Shown here: one piece after another, positions 48,203 to 58,503 of the stretch
Position numbering within the stretch: the stretch's first letter is position 1
Layout: every line of letters begins with the position of its first letter
Virus record (IMG/VR): IMGVR_UViG_3300020213_000001
Origin: a virus
Length of the DNA: 64,000 nt
Reading direction: 5' to 3' (one strand)
Translations under genes and position numbers: made by a program
The notes under the pieces: generated by a model
Seen by the model: only the letters and a program-made list of their open reading frames with translations
Database searches by the model: none
Told to the model about the DNA's origin: nothing

Positions 48203-49393
48203 CTAGCTTATTAAAACAGAACTTGAAAAGGGCCCGAGAGAAGTCGAAATAACGGGTCCGCCCAGGTTTCCAATACCGATAAACTTGGTCAACATGTTGA
48301 CGGCAGGTAGTGGGGCGGGACCTATTAAAACCGTAGACCCCTTCAAAATCATCGATCCACCTGACACTAGCTGTATTAGTCCGTCTGATTTAACATCTAC
48401 CATGCTCTGCCCGATTATTTTAACCATGCTTTGAGCCTGCATTTCTATCATTGATTTAGAGTTTAGCTTAAACCCCTGTGTTTCAACCCCCATCTTACCT
48501 TCGTTTTTGATGTCGAATGTTTGTTTCACCATGTATAAAGCTTTGCCTGTAGCCTCTACTAACCAGTCTTTAGTTATCTTAGCGTTCATTGACTCTTTAG
48601 CTGTTATGTTGAAAGACTTGTCTGTTTTGAAGGAGGTGCTATCTCTAGACTGAACATCCACTGTTTTCTTTGTCTTATCAAGCCTAATGCCTTCATATTG
48701 AATACCCTCTGGAGCGGCTTCGGCGGCTTTAATCTTTTCAGATGCTAGATTAGACTGAGACAGCTCTCCTCTTAAAATATCATTATGTACTTGAAAAGAT
48801 CCATCCTTTTCTATTTTAATTTGAGTTCCACCAGCGGTTAGATTAGACGGCTTTCCTGTATCGTCTGTAGCCGAACGATAGGTTAGCGTGAATGCCCCGT
48901 CGTTGTTTACTTCAAATCTAAGACCGTTAAACTCTCCCTCTGCGTGATTTTTTTCAAGATCCGTTAGGGTTACACGCTTATTGGGGTTTGGCATAAACCC
49001 AACAATTACAGCCTTTTCGGAGTTTTTATCTAAACATAGGATTAGTGCAAGAGTGCCATTTTGGTCTTTAAAAGATAGCTGGGTCTTTACTTTTTTGGGA
49101 TTTTTTGTTGGTCTAAGCTTAAACTGAAAATAATCGGCTACTCCGCCAAATGAGTCAAAGGCTAGGCAACTCTTATAAATACTCGAATTGATACCATTTG
49201 TTTCGGCCTGTTCAATACACATTACGTCGTATTCAGGGCCTAGTTTTGATACATTCCTTTCGTCTGTAGTTTCAATGGTTTCTAATACAACCCCCAACTT
49301 AAGACCTGTATTGTCAAATATTTTCCTACCCTGGAGAGTACTGCTCTCATCTCTAGATGAAAGTAGTGAGGAGTTTAAAGTTGGTCTATACAT
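48203..49393 (-). CDS. Baseplate spike/puncturing (gpV/gp5-like) protein
   Basis: OB-fold-like N-terminus, beta-helix-like C-terminal repeats, follows the hub gene. Confidence 0.65.
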   Translation of the reverse strand: MYRPTLNSSLLSSRDESSTLQGRKIFDNTGLKLGVVLETIETTDERNVSKLGPEYDVMCIEQAETNGINSSIYKSCLAFDSFGGVADYFQFKLRPTKNPKKVKTQLSFKDQNGTLALILCLDKNSEKAVIVGFMPNPNKRVTLTDLEKNHAEGEFNGLRFEVNNDGAFTLTYRSATDDTGKPSNLTAGGTQIKIEKDGSFQVHNDILRGELSQSNLASEKIKAAEAAPEGIQYEGIRLDKTKKTVDVQSRDSTSFKTDKSFNITAKESMNAKITKDWLVEATGKALYMVKQTFDIKNEGKMGVETQGFKLNSKSMIEMQAQSMVKIIGQSMVDVKSDGLIQLVSGGSMILKGSTVLIGPAPLPAVNMLTKFIGIGNLGGPVISTSLGPFSSSVLIS

Positions 49394-49463
49394 TTTTTAC
49401 TTTCTGTTTTTGGAGTTAGTTCGTCGTAGGTTTCTATGTAAATCTCTATTTTTTTCATTTTTC

Positions 49464-51284
49464 TCAGCTATCCTTAGAGGGCTTTTTTTCCTCTCCGGTA
49501 GGTAGTGTTGAACTTTTAGTAGCTTTCTTGTTTTTCGGGTTTAAAGTGAAAGAGTCTTGTTTGGTATTGGTAAGCTCTTCTCCACTTACCCTACCACGTA
49601 CATCCTGTGTATCTGAAAATCCTGGAAGGATTCTTTGGTTTTTCCAGTCTTCAATATCTTCTCTTAGTTGATCTGTATTTTCCATTTGAGGATAAACAGG
49701 GCGTTTACTGTTTGACCTTAGATCTACTCCAGATGATACCTGTATAGTTGTGCGCCATGTTTTAATGCCGTTAGCTCCAACAGACATCATATCCCTAACG
49801 CTTTCAATATGATATACAACGTTATCAAACTCCAGATTATCCCCAACACAAATGGGCTCCTGTATTCCCTGAAATACGAACGTTCCAGATTCCTTAAGAT
49901 GGCCGTCTATAACCCAATCAGAGACTATTTTTGCCCAGTCATTGGCTCTAAGCTTTTTATTAGTTTTAGTTGGAAAATCAAAGTTAGAGGTTACAACATA
50001 TGGTCTAAGCCCATTCCTCTGTATGTCTCCGTCGTCTACTATAAAGTTACCAGCCGCTATTTGCTGTGCAGCGTCTCCTTCAGAGCCTAGTATTTGATTG
50101 TTGGTGAATACCTGTACAAAGTTCATTCTAGCCGCTTCGTCTTTTCCTAGATCAAGCGAATAAAGGAGTGTAGGAGATACCTTCCACCTAGGTATATCGA
50201 AAAACTTAGTAGTGGAGTATCCAGCAGGTGCGTTAAAATGTTCTGTAGTGAAGGGTTTTTGTCTTAAAATAATAGTTGGCATAACATTGTTGTTTTGGTC
50301 TACCCTAAAACAAGTGTACATTTCATTCATCGTAGAGTTCATGTTGCTTTGAAGAATAGACCACGCGGTAACGTTGTTCCAAGATTCTGGCAATATTTCC
50401 TTGTTGCCCTGTATAGGGTATTTTCCTATATATGTTCCGGGTTTTTCCGTTTTAGAAAATCCGGGATTAAACAATATACCCAAATTCTTAGCATCAGTTG
50501 GTACTTCCTTAGAATTTCCCCACCCACCAATATAGTAGTTAAATAATTCTGTAGCGAATTCCATTTTTCTACCGAGCAGTGTGCTTAGTGTTTTAGGAAG
50601 TCTAAAGTGAACAGCTCCAAAGTTTTTTACTTTAACATTGTTTGATCTACGGTTTTTGCCTATTAAAATCTCAAACAGATCTTTCATAATTATCTGTACA
50701 TCTGAATTGGTTTTAATATTATCTGAATAGTAATCTCCAACCAGTGTGGGGAACATGAGTGTGCCAGCTTCCCTAAAAGCTGCGGCAATTGCTGGATTAA
50801 AATAGATAACGTTATTAAATTCAGTAAAACCGGCGGCATGGATGGTGTAGGTTAGGATTTTCTTATCTCCTGCCATTTGAAGATTTTTCCTTACGGTTTG
50901 AATCTTAAAAACACCCTTAAACCCGTCTTCATATCTATTAATTGACTGGTTATTCCCCACCCTGTCTCTAATTTTTTGAGCATCGGTTTCCCAATTTAAA
51001 AGGTTTACTAGAACAAAATCTCCAGGATGAACTGCGGTACTGTAGTTAATGTCTCCGCCCTTTAAGGTTGCGCTTAAAGTTGGACTTAGGCTACCCTTAG
51101 TGTTGCTGACAGACACATTGATTGCGTCTGAATAAACAACCATCGGTTTCCTAACATCGAGAGGGTCTTGAGATTCGTAATTATATGAACTCCTATTTTC
51201 CCAACGACAAAAAGTAAGCACGTAACCAGGGCTCGTTTGGTGAGAATCGCCTGTATTCTGTGTGATTGGTTTAACAAATCCCAT
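49464..51284 (-). CDS. Baseplate hub (gp27/gpD-like) protein
   Basis: Follows tape measure; GLRP, ESGT..G...ICVGDN...YHIESV pattern. Confidence 0.65.
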   Translation of the reverse strand: MGFVKPITQNTGDSHQTSPGYVLTFCRWENRSSYNYESQDPLDVRKPMVVYSDAINVSVSNTKGSLSPTLSATLKGGDINYSTAVHPGDFVLVNLLNWETDAQKIRDRVGNNQSINRYEDGFKGVFKIQTVRKNLQMAGDKKILTYTIHAAGFTEFNNVIYFNPAIAAAFREAGTLMFPTLVGDYYSDNIKTNSDVQIIMKDLFEILIGKNRRSNNVKVKNFGAVHFRLPKTLSTLLGRKMEFATELFNYYIGGWGNSKEVPTDAKNLGILFNPGFSKTEKPGTYIGKYPIQGNKEILPESWNNVTAWSILQSNMNSTMNEMYTCFRVDQNNNVMPTIILRQKPFTTEHFNAPAGYSTTKFFDIPRWKVSPTLLYSLDLGKDEAARMNFVQVFTNNQILGSEGDAAQQIAAGNFIVDDGDIQRNGLRPYVVTSNFDFPTKTNKKLRANDWAKIVSDWVIDGHLKESGTFVFQGIQEPICVGDNLEFDNVVYHIESVRDMMSVGANGIKTWRTTIQVSSGVDLRSNSKRPVYPQMENTDQLREDIEDWKNQRILPGFSDTQDVRGRVSGEELTNTKQDSFTLNPKNKKATKSSTLPTGEEKKPSKDS

Positions 51285-51285
51285 C

Positions 51286-53631
51286 TTAATCTTTTGGTTG
51301 AGAGGCAGGAATACCGTTTTGTTCCATCATCTTAACCACCTGCTCTAGCTGTCCATTCATTTGTTGTAATGCGTCTCCAGAACTCTTGGCTGCTTTTACG
51401 AAAAAATCAAACTGTACGTTATACATTTCAGCAGCTTGGGTATGCTTAGAAGCTGCCGCCACTAGTCCATCTAAATGTTTATTAACTGCAGACAATTTGG
51501 CGGCATCGCCGATAGCTGCCGATCCTGCTATCCGTTCTGTTGGTGTTATATTTGCACCATCATCAGACCCGAGTTGTCCTGCTAGTCTAGATGAGAAATT
51601 GGCATCAACCCCCTCGCCGCTCATGCGCCTAGCTCTACCGACTGTTGCTGACCTACGGCTATCCGCACCCTTGCTTGATTCAGCCGTGCCAAAGGAATTG
51701 ATATCCTCAATAGAGGCATCGGTAAAAAGAGAAGCTCCTTCTGCCGTCTTTAGAAACTCTGCAATCTTATTTGGGGTCATTCCCCTTATTCCCTCCCCAA
51801 GGGCGGCTGTTGCTTCAGCTTGAGAGGAGGTTCTGGTTTGTTTAAACTCATCTTTTTGTCTCATTCCTGAAATTAATTCGCCAGTGGTGATACCCATCTT
51901 ATCAGCCAAACCCCTTGCCAGTTCTGGATCTTTTTCTAAATCCTCTGCTGAGTATTGGTTAAGGGCGTTCATTAATTTGGAATCAGACTTTATTTTGTCA
52001 AAACCTTTACCGAATGCTTTTTTACCGCCCGCGCCTTGAAGGAAACCCATTCCCATCTGTCCTTCAAGCCCACTAGCCGATTTTGACCTGTCAATCATTT
52101 CTCCATAGGTATCCCTAGCACCCTGCATACCGGACTGGGTTAGACTAGTTACACCTGCGCCGAAATTAGATAAAGCTGTTTCACTAAAACCGCCGCCGGA
52201 GCTAGCCAATTCTGCGGTGATGCTAACCATGCGTTTCATTTCCTGAGGCATAGTAGAAGAGTTAATACCAAGCTTCATAGCCTCTGACATTAATTTAATT
52301 ACAGCCTGGTCTGTCTGACTGGACTCCATGCCGGTACCTGACAGTTGTCCCATAACCTCTTGAGAGTTTCCTAACCTCAAATTGCGCTGGAATTGAAGAG
52401 CCGAGCCGGCCATAGCCCTTGCACCCTGCGACGTGGCTCCTGCGCCTATCAGCGATTGTGACGATGCTGAAACCTCGTCCTGTGTAAATCCAATCTTGGT
52501 ACCATAGGGGTTCATGGCGTTTGCCATCCACCCCTCTTTTCCAGACTCTCCGTATAACCCTCTACCGGTAATCCCCAAAGAACGTTCAAGTCCTTTGTTT
52601 CTATCCATAGACCCCTGCATTGAGCTATAAGCCATTGATTTTTGTGGATTTTTAAGCTCCTCCATTGCGAGGTTTTGCTCGTATTTCTCCATACCTTCTT
52701 TAGTCATCATCTGTCGGTAAGAGTCTTTATCAAAAACACGGTTTAATAGCTTCGGGCTTGACACCATAGCAGCACCAAAACCCACGCCCGCTCCCGTTGC
52801 TGCTCCCGCTGCTGCTCCCGCTAATGTTCCCGCTCCTGGAAGTACAGAGCCAGCTACAGCACCGGTGAGCATAGATGCTCCGATTTTAGCCCAATCAAGT
52901 CTTGCTTCGTTTTTCTGTTCTTTAGCAGCCAATCCCATAGCTCTTTGGCGCTCTTCTGCAAAAAACAACCCCTTAGATCCTTGACCGGAAAACTGTTCTT
53001 GAATTCCGCGACCAGATATCCTGGCAGTGATCCCTTGAGAAGCCAAAACGTTTCTCTCGTTTTCAATACGACCTGATGCAATGTTTAAAGCGCCGTTTAT
53101 GATTGCACCAACGCCGATTGACTTTAGAATTCCTGTAAACGCCGTAACACCCTTGCTTTGTTCGTCTGGAGTGCCCATTTTTGCCGGGCGATATCCTCCC
53201 GACTGAATATCGCCAATCCTTGAATTGATATCTTGTCTAGTGCTCTCCATTCCTATAACTTTTCTAGACATTAGATTGACTTCTCTATTTAATAGGTCGA
53301 TTTGCTTTTGTTTTTCAGCAGTTATACCACCTTCAGAGGTTTTAATCTTATCCAATTGAGCTTGTTTTCGTCCCAGAGCAATTGCTTCTTTACGCTGTTC
53401 AGACTCAATCTCCTGACTTTGTTTTCTTAGAATACTCTCAGATGATTGGTTATATTTACCCTGGGCATAGGAAGCTGCTGGAGACAGTGTGGAGCCGGAA
53501 CTGGCCATGTTGGTTATTTGATTGTTAGTTTTCTGCAATTGTTGAAGACGCGCAGTCATCTTTTGAATATCTTGATCAAAAGATGAAGTATCTAGCTGTG
53601 CTCTTATTTTTATTGACTTACCGTCTGACAT
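51286..53631 (-). CDS. Tape measure protein
   Basis: Ala/Gly/Ser/Met-rich helical protein with a hydrophobic GAxxG stretch, upstream of hub and spike. Confidence 0.75.
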   Translation of the reverse strand: MSDGKSIKIRAQLDTSSFDQDIQKMTARLQQLQKTNNQITNMASSGSTLSPAASYAQGKYNQSSESILRKQSQEIESEQRKEAIALGRKQAQLDKIKTSEGGITAEKQKQIDLLNREVNLMSRKVIGMESTRQDINSRIGDIQSGGYRPAKMGTPDEQSKGVTAFTGILKSIGVGAIINGALNIASGRIENERNVLASQGITARISGRGIQEQFSGQGSKGLFFAEERQRAMGLAAKEQKNEARLDWAKIGASMLTGAVAGSVLPGAGTLAGAAAGAATGAGVGFGAAMVSSPKLLNRVFDKDSYRQMMTKEGMEKYEQNLAMEELKNPQKSMAYSSMQGSMDRNKGLERSLGITGRGLYGESGKEGWMANAMNPYGTKIGFTQDEVSASSQSLIGAGATSQGARAMAGSALQFQRNLRLGNSQEVMGQLSGTGMESSQTDQAVIKLMSEAMKLGINSSTMPQEMKRMVSITAELASSGGGFSETALSNFGAGVTSLTQSGMQGARDTYGEMIDRSKSASGLEGQMGMGFLQGAGGKKAFGKGFDKIKSDSKLMNALNQYSAEDLEKDPELARGLADKMGITTGELISGMRQKDEFKQTRTSSQAEATAALGEGIRGMTPNKIAEFLKTAEGASLFTDASIEDINSFGTAESSKGADSRRSATVGRARRMSGEGVDANFSSRLAGQLGSDDGANITPTERIAGSAAIGDAAKLSAVNKHLDGLVAAASKHTQAAEMYNVQFDFFVKAAKSSGDALQQMNGQLEQVVKMMEQNGIPASQPKD

Positions 53632-53748
53632 TTTGTTACCTAGGATCGATATTTACCAGTTAGCCTAACCCACTGAAATTAAAGGTAAATGGTTGATTTT
53701 TAAGGAGTTGATAGGCAGGAATAGCTTAAAGATTGTCATTTTAAACGG

Positions 53749-53964
53749 TTAAGGGTTGATTCTTTCCTCTAATTCACAATGATACTGTTGATATATATTA
53801 CCATCAATCAGTTTGTGGTCTATTAAAGTGCAGTTATCTCCTGAAAAATCAACATAATCGTGTGTACACGATGCGATAATCAAGAGAAACAGTGCAATTA
53901 CAAGTAGATAGGGAATTTGCTTAATCATTACCGCCTCCATAGAGTGAATTGATATTATAAACAA
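53749..53964 (-). CDS. Small putative lipoprotein
   Basis: LLVIALFLLIIASC lipobox. Confidence 0.55.
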   Translation of the reverse strand: MFIISIHSMEAVMIKQIPYLLVIALFLLIIASCTHDYVDFSGDNCTLIDHKLIDGNIYQQYHCELEERINP

Positions 53965-53979
53965 TAAAATCGTAAAAAA

Positions 53980-54255
53980 TCACATACACCCACTATAGTA
54001 ATCAAACCACATATCGCTCCAGTACTCATCCTGACTTTCTTGGCAAGTAGGACATAAAACACACCAGTTACGGCTTTCTTCTTCGTATTTAGTGTTCTGC
54101 AGTCTATTGGTGGCATTGTTGTTTCCGCAACAAATACACTCCAAGGAACCATCTTCAATTGCATCCAAAACCCTACTTGAATACCCCTTGCAAACCACGT
54201 TGGTGCACCTGCCGTCTTCCTTTATTTTTTTAGAACAAATAGGGCAACTTCTCAT
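53980..54255 (-). CDS. Small zinc-finger protein
   Basis: CPIC, CICC and CPTC motifs. Confidence 0.6.
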   Translation of the reverse strand: MRSCPICSKKIKEDGRCTNVVCKGYSSRVLDAIEDGSLECICCGNNNATNRLQNTKYEEESRNWCVLCPTCQESQDEYWSDMWFDYYSGCM

Positions 54256-54327
54256 ACCTCTTCCCTCTATATGGTTTATTTCCTAAACCAAAACCACCCA
54301 TTAGGTGTTTATTGCATTCATGGCAAT

Positions 54328-54633
54328 TCATTGTTTAACTTTAACCTCACCCTTCATCATAGCCTTGTGAGGCTGACAGTAGTATTTAAACCCCTTGTCT
54401 ACCTTTACCGTAAAAACCTGATCTTTCTTTAACATCTTTGATTCAATCTTGCCGTCTTCTGACACTACATTGTGAAGCATCGAGTCTTTATTGATGAATG
54501 TTATTGTTTCCCCCTTAGAAACCGTAATAGTAGAGGGGTTAAACTTCATGTTCTTGATTTCAACAACTTGCGAGTTTAACATAATGTAAAGCAGTAGACT
54601 AGACATTTTTAACTTCCTTTTTACTAGCGTCAA
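54328..54633 (-). CDS. Cupredoxin (plastocyanin/azurin-like type-1 copper protein)
   Basis: FNPSTITVSKGETITF, HNV, YYCQPH..MMKG copper ligands. Confidence 0.85.
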   Translation of the reverse strand: MTLVKRKLKMSSLLLYIMLNSQVVEIKNMKFNPSTITVSKGETITFINKDSMLHNVVSEDGKIESKMLKKDQVFTVKVDKGFKYYCQPHKAMMKGEVKVKQ

Positions 54634-54997
54634 TTCTCTCGTTAATCCTGATATTGTTTATATTAACAGCTTCTTCAGTGGGAACATAGTCCCTAAAAAA
54701 TCCATCTGGACAACGCTCGAAAATAGTAATATCTGTAAATTTTGGGCTATACCCACGATAGATCATCTCCTTAACTAGCATTTCAAATCTTTTCTGTAAA
54801 AACAACATTTTATTATAGAAGAACTTAACATGCCCCTTGCCTAGGGTGTAATTTTGCGGAATTTCATCAACACTAAATGGTTTTTTGCGCTTTAGAGATT
54901 TTTCAAGATTGCCAGGTAAGCGTGTGATTTCACGATACTCGGCAACAAGATGTTGTCTAATCAATTTACTTGGATCTATTACATTTATTCTGGTCAC
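54599..54997 (-). CDS. denV: Pyrimidine-dimer DNA glycosylase (T4 endonuclease V-like)
   Basis: GTG start then TRIN..QHLVAEYREITR, LGKGHVKFFYNK, EM..RG. Confidence 0.9.
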   Translation of the reverse strand: MTRINVIDPSKLIRQHLVAEYREITRLPGNLEKSLKRKKPFSVDEIPQNYTLGKGHVKFFYNKMLFLQKRFEMLVKEMIYRGYSPKFTDITIFERCPDGFFRDYVPTEEAVNINNIRINERIDASKKEVKNV

Positions 54998-55113
54998 TTT
55001 AACCTCCTGAAACACTCATAAGCATACCATGCCCAGACGATAATAGCAAGCAAAAGCAGTTTGATTTCATGGCTCATTTTGTACCTATTAGATCTACTCT
55101 AAAGACCACATAG

Positions 55114-55431
55114 CTATTCAAAGAAGTCTTCATTAACTTGCATAAGGAACTCCGAATGATCTTCCTCATGCTTTTCCTTACAGTGTGAACATCTCTTATC
55201 GTGATCCACCCCATACGGGTCTGAATTTTTATTACATCCGTCACACCCAAATACATCGCACAATTTTTCTGGAACTGGAGGAATGGTACTCTTCTCTGGC
55301 TCTGGCTCTGGCTCTTGCTTAATTATTACGTCAAAACTTTTACAGCACGTACCGCAAAAAACCCTACCGTTCTTTTTAGCCCAAGCAATGTCTATTTCTA
55401 TTAGTGAATTGCACAGCGGACACATGTTCAT
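55114..55431 (-). CDS. Zn-ribbon hypothetical protein
   Basis: CPLC...CGTC, EPEPEP linker. Confidence 0.55.
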   Translation of the reverse strand: MNMCPLCNSLIEIDIAWAKKNGRVFCGTCCKSFDVIIKQEPEPEPEKSTIPPVPEKLCDVFGCDGCNKNSDPYGVDHDKRCSHCKEKHEEDHSEFLMQVNEDFFE

Positions 55432-55816
55432 TTATAACCCCCTAAGCTCTACATAGAAACCTACTAGTCCTAAATGGATAGGATTCCCCAATAAAAACCA
55501 CTCAAGATAGAAACCGTAAAACAGATAAGCAAGATTCCTAGTGCCTTTTTTTTGCCTATCTTTTCTAGATTGTATATGAAAATAAAACCACTCAATAGAC
55601 CAGTGATAGCTGGGTGTAATATGGAAATGAGTTTCACTTTATACCTCTCCGATGCATCATCCTATATTGCCAGTCATTACAATCCCAGGCAAACCCGAGT
55701 ATTCTAAACGCCCTCTTGTATTCCCCGTCAAAACATTCCCAGGTAAGAAAGGCCCAGTGTCTAATTGAGACACACCTTTTTGGTGATATGTATTGTAGTT
55801 TCACTGTTAACCCCCG

Positions 55817-56143
55817 TTAAAAAGAATAATCATGATAAGCGTTACGAATTCCAAAAGCTACTTTTGTGTATTCACCAGATTTGCGCCACTGACCGTCTTT
55901 TCTGATAGAAACTCGAATTAGCTGAGCATCTGTATTTGCGCTATATTCGTAATCCTGACTCTCACTCATACCGTTATTATCTATACGTTTCGCTGAATCC
56001 GGCTGAATCCACGCTGTCCGCCCTGATTTAGACACTCTAACTACGGTTGCAGCGTGTCGATCCGTATATAGATAGACTGTGGCACCATCACCTACTTCCG
56101 GGGCTTTACATTTAATCTTAAGGATGTTTGCAATTTGTGTCAT
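55817..56143 (-). CDS. Phage hypothetical protein (VGDGAT...TDRHAATV...YHDYSF)
   Basis: AAGGAG RBS; GTGGTATTGT upstream. Confidence 0.7.
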   Translation of the reverse strand: MTQIANILKIKCKAPEVGDGATVYLYTDRHAATVVRVSKSGRTAWIQPDSAKRIDNNGMSESQDYEYSANTDAQLIRVSIRKDGQWRKSGEYTKVAFGIRNAYHDYSF

Positions 56144-56262
56144 AAAATCTCCTTAAACACACAATACCACATGGGAGGGTTTGTTGCAAGCTTATTGTTT
56201 ATCCCCAGAAAATCCCGTTCAGGCCCTTGGCAACTAGAAACTCATTGAATGTATGATCCATA

Positions 56263-56898
56263 CTACACCTTGCTAGTAGCACTCAGTACCCTGGCTATCC
56301 ATTTTTCAATTTGTGAAATAGATACCGGTGCATAGTTGTTTGCAGCCACACCAACGTCATATTGTCGTCCAAGTTCGCGTTTTTTATCGTTGTGGGGCCC
56401 GGAGTGTATGTGACCAGATAAATGGAATTGTCCTTCGTCCGCCACGCTATATTTACGATTCTTAATGTCACCGTGCCAGCATTCGTCACCTGTTGAATTT
56501 CTCATACCGTTGGTGTCTTCTCTAAACACGCCGGCCAATGGGCAATGACTCATTGTAATTCTATTCTCACCTAAATAGATAGTTGCGCCGTGCATTACAA
56601 CATCAAACCCCATTTCGTAGCAACTATTGTAGCCACGGTCATGGTTCCCCACTACTAGAACTTTAACCCCGTTCATTTGTGTAACCACTTCTCTAGTTAA
56701 ACTACTACTACCTAGTCCAATATCACCGAGAAAGTAGCAAATACCTCTTTCAGGTACGGTTGCGTTGTAGTTACTAATAAGAACATCGTGCATGTGTTCC
56801 AGGTCCCTAAAGGGCCGCCTATCAAACTCCAGTACGCTTTTATGCCCGATATGTAGGTCTGAGGTGAAAAATGTAGGTTTGCGTACTTCAGAAGTCAT
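56263..56898 (-). CDS. Calcineurin-like metallophosphoesterase (canonical motif order)
   Basis: TSDLHIGH, LGD, GNHD, SHCP, GHIH, DVGV. Confidence 0.9.
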   Translation of the reverse strand: MTSEVRKPTFFTSDLHIGHKSVLEFDRRPFRDLEHMHDVLISNYNATVPERGICYFLGDIGLGSSSLTREVVTQMNGVKVLVVGNHDRGYNSCYEMGFDVVMHGATIYLGENRITMSHCPLAGVFREDTNGMRNSTGDECWHGDIKNRKYSVADEGQFHLSGHIHSGPHNDKKRELGRQYDVGVAANNYAPVSISQIEKWIARVLSATSKV

Positions 56899-57127
56899 GT
56901 TTCTCACCCTGATATTTTAGCCGTTCTAAACTAATACGCTCTCCTTCACCATTCTTCAAAATAAATCCACCATCGCGCATGTCAATACGAAGCTCAATAT
57001 ATTTACATTCAGAATTTTTAAACCACTGCCAACCATCAGGGTTATCCCCCGTAGCAGTTTGAATGAAATCAAACACACCCTGTAGATTAGTATTCCATAC
57101 GTTGTCAGGTTTTAAATCTTTTTCCAT
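56888..57127 (-). CDS. Hypothetical protein
   Basis: Packed ORF. Confidence 0.55.
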   Translation of the reverse strand: MEKDLKPDNVWNTNLQGVFDFIQTATGDNPDGWQWFKNSECKYIELRIDMRDGGFILKNGEGERISLERLKYQGEKHDF

Positions 57128-57322
57128 TCAAAGCTCTCCGATGAATACGTTTTCGATGTAAAATAATGACGTGGCCGGACCTTCAAGCCAGCATCCGAAG
57201 TCCTCATCAAAATGGCAGAAGGCTGCGGTACCATTGGTTGAATGTTTAATGACGAACAAATAGTTGTCCTTGGGCACATACCAGAACCCTTCACGCGGGC
57301 GCAATGTTTGGTCATCTTTCAT
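57128..57322 (-). CDS. Hypothetical protein
   Basis: Packed ORF. Confidence 0.5.
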   Translation of the reverse strand: MKDDQTLRPREGFWYVPKDNYLFVIKHSTNGTAAFCHFDEDFGCWLEGPATSLFYIENVFIGEL

Positions 57323-57500
57323 TCACCCCCCTTTCTTGCCGCAACTCGGTCCCTCCAATCCCCCACCCAATTACGACAGTTGCAATTATTGAACCCAGGG
57401 CGACACTAAGAATAATTGTTCCAGCCACTAAGTGGCGGGGTGTGGTGAAGATCATCGCCGCGATCGCAATAACTACTTCGATGATAAGAATTGTAATCAT
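57312..57500 (-). CDS. Small two-TM membrane protein
   Basis: Two hydrophobic helices. Confidence 0.55.
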   Translation of the reverse strand: MITILIIEVVIAIAAMIFTTPRHLVAGTIILSVALGSIIATVVIGWGIGGTELRQERGVNER

Positions 57501-57643
57501 GTGCCGTCACCGCTGCCATCGCCGCCCTCGCCGCTGTGGCCATAGCCGCTACCGCTGCCGTAGCCACGGCCGTCGCCGTGCCCGATCATGCTGTGAGCGT
57601 CCTCTAGTTCTTTAGCCATTTGCTCTCCTTGGTTTTGCCGTGG

Positions 57644-57907
57644 TCATGCGCCGTCGCCGTAGCCGTCTCCATCGCCACCATCGCCGTCTCCATAACCATC
57701 CCCATCCCCATCTCCATCTCCGTCGCCTTCGCCGTCGCCGCTGTAGCCAAAGCCATAGCCGTCTCCAAAGCCGTCTCCGTAGCCGCCAAAGCCGTCTCCG
57801 CTGCCGTCGCCGTAGCGGTCGCCGTCGTCTCCGTAGCCGCGAAAGCCACTGCCCTTGCCGTCGCCGCGGCCGACAGCGCTGTAAGCGTTGTCTAGCTCTT
57901 TGGCCAC
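57644..57907 (-). CDS. Gly/Asp/Tyr low-complexity (GYGDG repeat) protein
   Basis: GDGYG repeats; follows its usual Sm-like partner gene. Confidence 0.6.
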   Translation of the reverse strand: MAKELDNAYSAVGRGDGKGSGFRGYGDDGDRYGDGSGDGFGGYGDGFGDGYGFGYSGDGEGDGDGDGDGDGYGDGDGGDGDGYGDGA

Positions 57908-58218
57908 TTGCTCTCCTCACAATCCAGCACAAGAACCTCGGCCCCCCGGTGAAAACGGCATGTGCCTGCGGGTTCCAAAATTGTGTCGTTGAGGGGGCCG
58001 CTGCTCGCCAGTTCGCCCAGGCCTTTGGTCGTGCCCCACCGGCGGATCACTGAAGAATCGAGTAACAAGCACTCGTCTCCCTCGCGCGAGTATGTGCCCA
58101 CGAGTACCCAGCCGCGCTGTAGCACTACAATTTTTCTACCCGTCGGTGACTGTGTGGGCGCAGGTGCGGATTTCTGCTGGAAGACCATCTCAATAATCGC
58201 TTTCTGAAACTCGTTCAT
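57892..58218 (-). CDS. Sm-like phage protein (IVVLQRGWVLVG...IRRWGTTKGLGELA..GP)
   Basis: Motif recalled from small phage proteins paired with GYGDG-repeat genes. Confidence 0.7.
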   Translation of the reverse strand: MNEFQKAIIEMVFQQKSAPAPTQSPTGRKIVVLQRGWVLVGTYSREGDECLLLDSSVIRRWGTTKGLGELASSGPLNDTILEPAGTCRFHRGAEVLVLDCEESKWPKS

Positions 58219-58236
58219 ATATCTCCCCTGTGGGCA

Positions 58237-58476
58237 TCATTGCCCGGTTGTTAACTTCGCAAGATAGGCCCTTGCTGCTACCGTGGGGCAAGTACCCCCA
58301 ACGCCAATCCATCCGTGTGACTGGCAGCTTCCATGATGATCGAAGTGGCATTTTGTATCCTCGGCATCAACCATCGGCCCCAGGTACTCAATGAGGCGCT
58401 TAATGGTGGCATCCCGTTCGGCAATCTTTTCGAGAAGTTTTTTAACACTTTTATCTTTCTGTTCAATCTCTCTCAC
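58237..58476 (-). CDS. Hypothetical protein (CHFDHHGSCQSH motif)
   Basis: GAGGT RBS, GTG start. Confidence 0.55.
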   Translation of the reverse strand: MREIEQKDKSVKKLLEKIAERDATIKRLIEYLGPMVDAEDTKCHFDHHGSCQSHGWIGVGGTCPTVAARAYLAKLTTGQ

Positions 58477-58503
58477 GGTTTCACCTCGGTTACGCGGTTT
58501 TAC

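Noticed and set aside
57304-58207. Arg-rich, Ala/Thr-rich and His/Arg-rich ORFs
   Set aside because: Alternative frames of the GGCGAC/GGCTAC repeats and of the Sm-like gene
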